In this document: positions 56,849-64,000 of the stretch, one piece after another
How the letters are laid out: the number at the start of each line of letters is the position of its first letter
Numbering within the stretch: the first letter of the stretch is position 1
From: Desulfatiglandales bacterium
GTDB lineage: Bacteria > Desulfobacterota > DSM-4660 > Desulfatiglandales > Desulfatiglandaceae
Length of the DNA stretch: 64,000 bases
Direction: 5' to 3'
Assembly (NCBI GenBank): GCA_963662465.1
Contig: OY759599.1
Location: forward strand, 6,432,001 to 6,496,000
Position numbers and translations under genes: made by a program
The notes under the pieces: generated by a model
Database searches by the model: none
What the model saw: the letters and a program-made list of their open reading frames with translations, nothing else
Told to the model about the DNA's origin: nothing

Positions 56849-58426
56849 TTATCGTCCTATCCCGATATTGAAGCTTAGAACATCCTTTTCTCCCACCCGG
56901 TGTTTTCCGGGTGTGCAGAGTTCACCGACTTTTGTTGCGGGGTCAAAGACGACAATGTAACCCCGGTCCACTCTTTCGGGCTTCAGGTATTTTTCAGTCA
57001 ACTGTTCCAGGGCCTCGTCGATGGTTCCGGAATATCTCTTGATCTTGAGTTCGATAATGTACTTTACCCCCCTGTGAATAAGCAGGATGTCCATAATGCC
57101 AAGCCCGGTTTTGCTTTCGTAGAAGAGGTCGCCATCCCCTTCCGGCACAAACTGATAAAGCCAGGCCGTGAGTTGGAATTTTCCCGTAACCTCCATGGGA
57201 TGACGGGTGGAGTAGAACGCGGCGGCCCCGATCCGGGCGATGTATTTTTCAAAGTCGGCCAGGACTCTTTCCATGTTCAACGTTTCATCGGAGAGATAAT
57301 AGGGCCTGAACGCCGGCTCGACCCTGTTCGCGATATCCCGAAAGAAGGTTTTGGTAAACCGTTTTTTGTAGATGGGGTTGCTGACGCAGAGTTTCTTTCC
57401 TTCGGCTTTGATCAGCCCGTGGGTCAAAAGAAGCGATTGCTCTTCATCGCCGGGGAGATATTCAACACCATCGAAGACCACATCCATGAAGGTCTCTTTG
57501 TATTGTTTGGCTTTCTCGGTAATGTTGTCGAAATGGCTGTTTTCCTCGTACAGGAGCGTCTCAAGGGCATTGTCCACGTCTTCAGCCGTGATGGGCGCCG
57601 TAGTTTCGGGTCGTATGTCCATGGTAAGAATCGTCCCGATTCGGTTCACCAGCCAGGGTTGCCCGGCCGTCTGTTCAAACACCTTTTCCACTGCTTCTTC
57701 CGTAAAAGGCTGGTTTGTTTCCCCTGTATACTGGCCATAGAGATCCCGAACGTTTTCCAAAACAAAGGGCGGCAGTTTCACCTGGTCGGCGATGTTGAAC
57801 GGAGAGACGCCCCCCACAATCAGTTTGGTGATGTTCCGAATCCCCACAAGCCCCACTGAATACAGGGCCTTGTCATCGCGTCCCTTGTATTCCTGGTACA
57901 GTTCCCGCAGGGTGGTCAGAAAGTTTTCCAGTTCCGATTGGGGGATGCCGTCGAATTCATCGATGAAAATGATGATTTTCTTCCTTTCTATGAGTTCGTT
58001 CAACCCTTCAAACAGCTTACGAAGAGAAATATGATTCGCGGTGGGATGCGCTTGCATATAGGCCTTCACATGCTCTAGTTGCGGGCAATCCACAAGGGTC
58101 AGCCTGCCGATGAGCTGCCCTAACAGAGATTCGTGTATGAGGCTGTAGAACTGTTCGCCGGAAATGTTTTTATAGTCCTGAAAGCTTAAAAGAACGGGCA
58201 CATAGGTTGGATCTTTCGCCAGCCTGGAACAAAAATCCCTGAAAAACGTGGTTTTGCCGCTCTGCCGGGGGGCGAATATGGAGAAGTAGCGCCCCATATC
58301 CACCATGGTTTTGATGTCTTGCCTGTCGGAATTGGTTACGTTTTCCAGGGGAACATAATAGGATGCGCCTGGATCGACCACGCCTGATTTTTCAAAATAT
58401 CGTTTTGGTTTTTTATATGGGGTCAT
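56849..58426 (-). CDS. AAA-like ATPase with C-terminal PD-(D/E)XK-like domain, copy 1
   Basis: Walker A APRQSGKTT; Walker B IFIDEFD; SPFNI; T.GQPWLV; GIMDILL..KYIIELK. Confidence 0.85.
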   Translation of the reverse strand: MTPYKKPKRYFEKSGVVDPGASYYVPLENVTNSDRQDIKTMVDMGRYFSIFAPRQSGKTTFFRDFCSRLAKDPTYVPVLLSFQDYKNISGEQFYSLIHESLLGQLIGRLTLVDCPQLEHVKAYMQAHPTANHISLRKLFEGLNELIERKKIIIFIDEFDGIPQSELENFLTTLRELYQEYKGRDDKALYSVGLVGIRNITKLIVGGVSPFNIADQVKLPPFVLENVRDLYGQYTGETNQPFTEEAVEKVFEQTAGQPWLVNRIGTILTMDIRPETTAPITAEDVDNALETLLYEENSHFDNITEKAKQYKETFMDVVFDGVEYLPGDEEQSLLLTHGLIKAEGKKLCVSNPIYKKRFTKTFFRDIANRVEPAFRPYYLSDETLNMERVLADFEKYIARIGAAAFYSTRHPMEVTGKFQLTAWLYQFVPEGDGDLFYESKTGLGIMDILLIHRGVKYIIELKIKRYSGTIDEALEQLTEKYLKPERVDRGYIVVFDPATKVGELCTPGKHRVGEKDVLSFNIGIGR

Positions 58427-58513
58427 CGAAAGCCTCCAGTGTGTATCGAAGAGGGAACAAGGAAACCGTTACCTTTCGTCACTTTTGCGTGTTTCGTGGA
58501 CGAAACGCGTCGG

Positions 58514-60091
58514 TCATTTCCCTATCCCGATATTGAAGCTTAGAACATCCTTTTCTCCCACCCGGTGTTTTCCGGGTGTGCAGAGTTTACCGACTTTTGT
58601 TGCGGGGTCAAATACGACAATGTAGCCCCGGTCCACTCTTTCGGGCTTCAGGTATTTTTCAGTCAACTGTTCCAGGGCCTCGTCGATGGTTCCGGAATAT
58701 CTCTTGATCTTGAGTTCGATAATGTACTTTACCCCCCTGTGAATAAGCAGGATGTCCATAATGCCAAGCCCGGTTTTGCTTTCGTAGAAGAGGTTGCCAT
58801 CCCCTTCCGGCACAAACTGATAAAGCCAGGCCGTGAGTTGGAATTTTCCGGTAATCTCCATGGGATGACGGGTGGAGTAGAACGCGGCGGCTCCGATTCG
58901 GGCGATGTACTTTTCAAAGTCGGCCAGGATTCTTTCCATGTTCAACGTTCCATCGGAGAGATAATAGGGCCTGAATGCCGGCTCGACCCTGTTCGCGATA
59001 TCCCGAAAGAAGGTTTTGGTAAACCGTTTTTTGTAGATGGGGTTGCTGACGCGGAGTTTCTTTCCTTCGGCTTTGATCAGTCCGTGGGTCAAAAGAAGCG
59101 ATTGCTCTTCATCGCCGGGGAGATATTCAATACCGTCAAAGACCACATCCATGAAGGTCTCTTTGTATTGTTTGGCTTTCTCGGTAATGTTGTCGAAATG
59201 GCTGTTTTCCTCGTACAGGAGCGTCTCAAGGGCCTTGTCCACGTCTTCAGCCGTGATGGGCGCCGTAGTTTCGGGCCGTATGTCCATGGTAAGAATCGTC
59301 CCGATTCGGTTCACCAGCCAGGGCTGCCCGGCCGTCTGTTCAAACACCTTTTCCACTGCTTCTTCCGTAAAAGGCTGGTTTGTTTCCCCTGTATACTGGC
59401 CATAGAGATCCCGAACGTTTTTCAAAACAAAGGGCGGCAGTTTCACCTGGTCGGCGATGTTGAACGGCGAAACGCCCCCGACAATCAGTTTGGTGATGTT
59501 CCGAATCCCCACAAGCCCCACGGAATACAGGGCCTTGTCATCGCGTCCTTTGTATTTCTGGTACAGTTCCCGCAGGGTGGTCAGAAAGTTTTCCAGTTCC
59601 GATTGGGGAATGCCGTCGAATTCATCGATGAAGATGATGATTTTCTTGGATTGAATGAGGCGGTTCATGGCCTTGAAAAAATCATATATCCCGCCATGGT
59701 CGGCAATGTTCGCCGATGTCAGATACGCCTCAACGGCATCCCTTCGGTCGCAATCTATTGATACGAGCCGATCCATCAACTGCTCAAAAAGGGACTCCCG
59801 AATGCGCCCATAAAATGCCGCCGTATTCAGATTTTTCATGAACTGAAAACTGAGCAGAATGGGAATGTAAGTTGGGTCTTTCGCCAGCCTGGAACAAAAA
59901 TCCCTGAAAAACGTGGTCTTGCCGCTTTGCCGGGGGGCGAAGATGGAAAAGTAGCGTCCCATATCCACCATGGTCTTGATGTCCTGCCCTTTCGTATTCA
60001 CCACATGGTCCAGATCTACGTGATAAGCGCTGCCCGAATCCACCATGCCGGCATCTTCAAAGAACCTTTCAGGTTTTTTATATTGGGTCAT
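58514..60091 (-). CDS. AAA-like ATPase with C-terminal PD-(D/E)XK-like domain, copy 2
   Basis: Same motifs as copy 1; 525 aa from ATG 60091; shares a ~37-bp leader with copy 1. Confidence 0.85.
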   Translation of the reverse strand: MTQYKKPERFFEDAGMVDSGSAYHVDLDHVVNTKGQDIKTMVDMGRYFSIFAPRQSGKTTFFRDFCSRLAKDPTYIPILLSFQFMKNLNTAAFYGRIRESLFEQLMDRLVSIDCDRRDAVEAYLTSANIADHGGIYDFFKAMNRLIQSKKIIIFIDEFDGIPQSELENFLTTLRELYQKYKGRDDKALYSVGLVGIRNITKLIVGGVSPFNIADQVKLPPFVLKNVRDLYGQYTGETNQPFTEEAVEKVFEQTAGQPWLVNRIGTILTMDIRPETTAPITAEDVDKALETLLYEENSHFDNITEKAKQYKETFMDVVFDGIEYLPGDEEQSLLLTHGLIKAEGKKLRVSNPIYKKRFTKTFFRDIANRVEPAFRPYYLSDGTLNMERILADFEKYIARIGAAAFYSTRHPMEITGKFQLTAWLYQFVPEGDGNLFYESKTGLGIMDILLIHRGVKYIIELKIKRYSGTIDEALEQLTEKYLKPERVDRGYIVVFDPATKVGKLCTPGKHRVGEKDVLSFNIGIGK

Positions 60092-60398
60092 TGGAAATCT
60101 CCAGTGTGTATTGAAGAGGGAACAAGGAAACCGTTCAGCCAATGCGCTTGAGGTAATGCGCTTGACCCTGGGAGGCCGAATATTCGATATTACACCTGCT
60201 TCATGTCAATGTGCAAGATACAAATTTGATGCACACGCAAGAAGTCAAGCATCTCTCGTTATATAACCATAATCGTTCCGCCACCTGGACGGCGGGCGGT
60301 CGCACGATTGCGTTAATTTGGAAGTCGGCGCGCCTGTCCATGAGATAGCGCTGTTTTTGGGGAGAATTGACAGCCGGATTTGCTCACCGGGGTTGTTG

Positions 60399-60427
60399 TT
60401 GACAGGGTGTGCGGGGATTGTTAGGAT
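60399..60427 (+). promoter_or_regulatory. Sigma70-type promoter of the gsp operon
   Basis: TTGACA-N17-TAGGAT. Confidence 0.5.
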
Positions 60428-60522
60428 ACTTTTTTTTAAGTTTTAAGTTTTAGGTTAATGTGCGAAAATCCAGACCGCATATGTTCCCTGGGTGTACGTT
60501 TTGAGCCGGAGCGAAGTAAAAA

Positions 60523-61749
60523 ATGCCCGTTTATGAATACCGGGCCCTTGATGGGGCCGGCAAAAGCAGAGACGGGATTATGGATGCCGACAGCCCCATC
60601 GCGGCAAGGCAGAAACTGAGGGAAACGGGTCTTTTTCCGGTCAGCGTTAAGGAATCCGCTTCCTCGGCCAAAGGGTCCTCTTCAACCCAAACAGTCCGAT
60701 GGTCGTTTCTTAACCGGGTTAAACTGACGGAGCTGTCTGTTGCGACACGTCAGCTGGCGATCCTCCTGGGCGCCGGAATTACCCTGGTCGCGTGTCTTGA
60801 AGCCATGTTGCTACAGGTTTCCAATCCGGCATTCAAGCGTGTGTTGGCCCAGATTAAAGAATCGGTGAATGAAGGCAATAGCCTGGCCCATTCCCTTGCC
60901 AATCACCCAAAGGTCTTTTCCAATGTCTATATCAATATGGTTCGGGCCGGGGAGGCATCAGGCTCCCTTGAGCCGGTGCTGCACAGACTGGCCGATTTGA
61001 GCGAGCAGGAGCAGGCCTTGAAGGGGCGAGTGAAGGCGGCCATGGCATATCCGGTCCTCATGTTCGTTGTGGGGGTGGTGGTGGTTTTTTTTCTGGTGGC
61101 CTTTGTGGTGCCCAATGTCACCCGGATTTTCCATGAGATGCATCAGGTGCTCCCGCTGCCGACCCTTATCCTTATCGGGATAAGCGATTTTCTCATGCGG
61201 TTCTGGTGGCTGGTGCTGGCCATGGTGGCGGGCCTCGCGGTTTTGCTCTGGCGGTTAAAAAACACCCAACGGGGGCGTTTTGCCTGGGATCGGCTGAAAC
61301 TTTCCATCCCCCTTGTGGGCGCCTTTAATATTAAGACGGCGGCGGCGCGCTTTGCGCGAACCCTGGGGAGCCTTATTCAAAATGGCGTCCCGCTCCTGAC
61401 TGCGCTGAATATTGTCAAAAATGTGGTGGGAAATATCCTTTTTGCCGAAGTCATCGATGCTGCCATGGGTGCGGTTGAGAAGGGAAACGCCCTTGCCGCC
61501 GCCATTTCGGGAAATCGTTGTTTTCCGCCCATTGCGGTGCAGATGATTTCGGCTGGAGAGCAAAGTGGTCAGTTGGAAGAGATGCTGGATAAAATTGCGG
61601 ATATGTATGAAAGGGAAGTGGAATCACAGGTCCTGGCCATGACTGCCATGCTGGAGCCGGTGATGATTTTGTTTATGGGCGTTACCGTTGGCTTTATCGT
61701 TATTTCGATGCTGCTGCCGATCTTCGATTTAAACCAGATGATCCGGTAG
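60523..61749 (+). CDS. gspF: Type II secretion inner-membrane platform protein F
   Basis: MPVYEYRALD..G; TRQLA.LL.AG; AGEASG.L; AMAYP; LEPVMIL. Confidence 0.93.
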   Translation: MPVYEYRALDGAGKSRDGIMDADSPIAARQKLRETGLFPVSVKESASSAKGSSSTQTVRWSFLNRVKLTELSVATRQLAILLGAGITLVACLEAMLLQVSNPAFKRVLAQIKESVNEGNSLAHSLANHPKVFSNVYINMVRAGEASGSLEPVLHRLADLSEQEQALKGRVKAAMAYPVLMFVVGVVVVFFLVAFVVPNVTRIFHEMHQVLPLPTLILIGISDFLMRFWWLVLAMVAGLAVLLWRLKNTQRGRFAWDRLKLSIPLVGAFNIKTAAARFARTLGSLIQNGVPLLTALNIVKNVVGNILFAEVIDAAMGAVEKGNALAAAISGNRCFPPIAVQMISAGEQSGQLEEMLDKIADMYEREVESQVLAMTAMLEPVMILFMGVTVGFIVISMLLPIFDLNQMIR

Positions 61750-61792
61750 TCTGGAGCAAGGGAGCAGGGGCAACTCAGGAAAGGAATCCAAA

Positions 61793-62236
61793 ATGTGTAG
61801 GAAGCGTTTGAGCGTTCGCGGTTTCACATTGATTGAACTGATGGTAGTGATTGTTATCTTAGGAATCCTGGCCGGTTTGATTATTCCTCGGATCATGGGA
61901 AGACCCGAGGAAGCCAGAAGAATGAAAGCCAGGGTGCAGATGGAGAGCATGGAAACCTCTCTCAGGCTCTACAAACTGGACAATGGGGTCTATCCGTCTA
62001 CGGAACAGGGCTTGCAGGCCCTTGTGGAGGCGCCGACCGCGGGGGAACTGCCCAGGGCCTGGCGAAAGGGCGGTTATCTTGAAAAGGGAAACGTGCCCAA
62101 GGATCCATGGGGCAATGAATATGTATATCTCAGTCCCGGCCTTCATGGTGATTTTGATCTTTTGAGCTACGGGGCCGATGGGCAGCCCGGGGGAGAAGAC
62201 CAAAATCAGGATGTCAACAGCTGGGACCAGGAATAA
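61793..62236 (+). CDS. gspG: Type II secretion major pseudopilin G
   Basis: GFTLIELMVV; YKLDNGVYPSTEQGL.AL; DPWGN.Y; SYGADGQPGG. Confidence 0.96.
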   Translation: MCRKRLSVRGFTLIELMVVIVILGILAGLIIPRIMGRPEEARRMKARVQMESMETSLRLYKLDNGVYPSTEQGLQALVEAPTAGELPRAWRKGGYLEKGNVPKDPWGNEYVYLSPGLHGDFDLLSYGADGQPGGEDQNQDVNSWDQE

Positions 62237-62265
62237 CCACGGGAACCGGAGGGCGCTGCGGAATC

Positions 62266-62772
62266 TTGGCCCGGAACCATAAAGGCTTTACTCTGATTGA
62301 GTTGGTGGTGGTGATGAGCCTCATCGTCATGATGATCGGATTGACCATGCCCAAAATTCGAACCACCTTGTTGAGCGATGGGTTGAAACGCACCTCCCTG
62401 CGTATGATGGGGCTGGCATCCAATTTGAGAGACGAGGCGGTGCGTGAACAAAGGACCTATGCCCTTCATCTGGATATGGCGCGCCGGCAATACTGGATCG
62501 GGTTTGCCCACATGACCGAAGAAGAACAGGCCCTTGCGAGAGAAAATGCCGAGAAATTGCCTTCGGATATTCAAATCCTGGACGTATGGTTCAAGGAGGG
62601 GGGCAAGGTGACCGAGGGTGAAGCCGCCATCCTGTTCTTCAAACAAGGGTATGTTCAGCCGGCGGCCATTCACCTGGGCGCGGATGACGGCAGGCGATTC
62701 ACCATTGTGTTGAGTCCTTTCGTGGGAAAGGTTAAAGTGCTGGAAAAGTACGTTGATTTCGAGAATGCGTAA
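62266..62772 (+). CDS. gspH: Minor pseudopilin H
   Basis: GFTLIELVVV prepilin motif; position after gspG. Confidence 0.8.
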   Translation: MARNHKGFTLIELVVVMSLIVMMIGLTMPKIRTTLLSDGLKRTSLRMMGLASNLRDEAVREQRTYALHLDMARRQYWIGFAHMTEEEQALARENAEKLPSDIQILDVWFKEGGKVTEGEAAILFFKQGYVQPAAIHLGADDGRRFTIVLSPFVGKVKVLEKYVDFENA

Positions 62773-63172
62773 GAAGCCCGACGGGTTTACCCTTCTGGAG
62801 GTCATGATCGCCGTTGCGGTGCTGGCGATTGCCCTGGTGGCCGTGCTGGGGCTCCAGTCCCGGACCCTGACCCTGGCCGCGGAATCCCGGTTCCATACTA
62901 CGGCCGCCCTGCTGGCGCAGGGGAAAATGGCTGAGATGGCGGTGGCCGATTTAAAGGCTTTGTCCTCGGATTCAGGTGATTTCGGCGATGAATTCTTAGG
63001 GTACGCCTGGCGCCTGTCCGTTCAGGATGCCGACTTGCCGGGCCTTGAAAAGGTCAAAGGCCGGCTCAAATGCATTGACCTGGAAGTGACCTGTGGCGAG
63101 GGGGATATCTATCGATATGATCTCAGGCTGTACCGGTTTTTTCCGGTGGAAGCTGTGACAAGTGAAAAGTGA
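62765..63172 (+). CDS. gspI: Minor pseudopilin I
   Basis: GFTLLEVMIAVAVLAIAL; A.LLA..KM. Confidence 0.82.
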   Translation: MRKKPDGFTLLEVMIAVAVLAIALVAVLGLQSRTLTLAAESRFHTTAALLAQGKMAEMAVADLKALSSDSGDFGDEFLGYAWRLSVQDADLPGLEKVKGRLKCIDLEVTCGEGDIYRYDLRLYRFFPVEAVTSEK

Positions 63173-63210
63173 AGAGTGAAGAGTGAAAAGTGAAGAGTGA
63201 AGAGTGAAAA
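63155..63210 (+). repeat. 8x (GTGAARA) heptamer array across the gspI-gspJ junction
   Basis: GTGACAA GTGAAAA GTGAAGA GTGAAGA GTGAAAA GTGAAGA GTGAAGA GTGAAAA. Confidence 0.92.
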
Positions 63211-63884
63211 GTACCGAAGACAGGGGGTTTACGCTGCTTGAGATTCTGTTGGCGATTTTCATGCTGACCGTTGTGGTGTCGACGGTTTTCGGTGCTTTTT
63301 CAGGAACTTTCAAGGTCGTGAACGAAACGGAATCCCAAGGGGAAATTTATGCCATGGCACGGGTAGCGCTGGAAAGGATTTCCGAAGATCTGGCATCGGT
63401 CTATGGGGGTGATTCGTCGAAAACGCCGGCATCTGAAGCGGTCGCCCCACAACAACGGTTTCTTTTTGTGGGAGAAAACCATACCGTGGATGGGCAGAGC
63501 GCCGATACCCTCCGGTTTATGTCCTATGCGCATGTGTCTTTCAAGGCCGGTCGGCAGGACGAGGGGCCGGCGGAGATTGTTTATTACCTGCAGCGCAATG
63601 AAGATACGGGGGAACAGGCCCTGTACCGCTCCGATACCCTGGATTATCTGGAAGCACCGGAAAACGGACAGGGAGGGTTCCTGCTCTGTGATCGTCTCAA
63701 ATGGGTCGATTTTATCTATTATGACGGCAACGGCGAGGCCCGCAATGCCTGGGACACCACGGAGAACACCGGAAAAGAGGCACTCCCTTCACGGGTTGAG
63801 ATCTCCATGGGATTTGAAAATGCCCTTGACCCGGAAAACCCGCTGCAATTCATGACCGGCGTGGCGTTGCCGCCGGTTGAATGA
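63204..63884 (+). CDS. gspJ: Minor pseudopilin J
   Basis: GFTLLEILLAI; LPSRVEI near the C-terminus. Confidence 0.82.
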   Translation: MKSTEDRGFTLLEILLAIFMLTVVVSTVFGAFSGTFKVVNETESQGEIYAMARVALERISEDLASVYGGDSSKTPASEAVAPQQRFLFVGENHTVDGQSADTLRFMSYAHVSFKAGRQDEGPAEIVYYLQRNEDTGEQALYRSDTLDYLEAPENGQGGFLLCDRLKWVDFIYYDGNGEARNAWDTTENTGKEALPSRVEISMGFENALDPENPLQFMTGVALPPVE

Positions 63885-64000
63885 GGACGGGTTGCGCGAT
63901 GCCTGGGATTTGCTTGAAACCATGTCCGACGTTTGGGAACCGACAGGGGTTTGCGTTGATCCTGACCCTCCTCATGATCAGCATGATGGTGGTAACGACC
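63881..64000 (+). CDS. gspK: Minor pseudopilin K, 5' part
   Basis: ATGA overlap with the gspJ stop; ..NRQGFALILTLLMISMMVVTT. Confidence 0.75.
   Translation, partial: MRTGCAMPGICLKPCPTFGNRQGFALILTLLMISMMVVTT

Noticed and set aside
51821..59761. Long antisense ORFs (51821-52795, 56900-57859, 58565-59761; also 30422-31264 and 35468-36184)
   Set aside because: Antisense shadows of well-supported genes, with no motifs of their own
60270..60312. GC-rich hairpin upstream of gspF as a riboswitch or ncRNA
   Set aside because: No recognisable aptamer consensus by eye; a covariance-model search would be needed
22016..63210. Heptamer arrays as CRISPR
   Set aside because: Period-7 tandem units with no unique spacers and no cas genes

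Overview
Chromosomal window from a probable Desulfobacterota (deltaproteobacterial) anaerobe; the taxonomy is inferred from gene content. 1-25.3 kb is a compositionally mosaic Wzx/Wzy-type surface-polysaccharide locus: GT2/GT4 glycosyltransferases, flippase, polymerase/ligase, pyruvyl transferase with an FrhB-like Fe-S protein, deacetylase, GNAT, methyltransferase and kinase, plus a divergent SPOR-SLBB export protein and a beta-barrel. It carries decayed pieces: an IS5 remnant, an asnB stub, a radical-SAM pseudogene, two damaged four-helix-bundle genes, a DUF4160/DUF2442 pair, a REP-containing MITE and an IS21 remnant. Then come a broken IPTL-CTERM surface protein, a glucosylglycerate-type compatible-solute cluster with glycerate kinase, carB with a Cys-less PurF paralogue, amrS, truA-rpsI-rplM and tRNA-Arg/tRNA-Lys followed by a small phage-like remnant. 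The end holds a porin, a DUF362/polyferredoxin operon, a sigma54-driven periplasmic-protein/two-component operon, two tandem AAA-ATPase/PD-(D/E)XK paralogues with block-wise divergence, and gspFGHIJK. The most unusual pattern is a set of 7-bp tandem-repeat arms. They occur as inverted pairs bracketing each four-helix-bundle gene, as 'empty' inverted pairs, and as single arms at gene junctions. No CRISPR array, rRNA or reverse transcriptase is seen. All family calls come from motif recognition; no database search was run.
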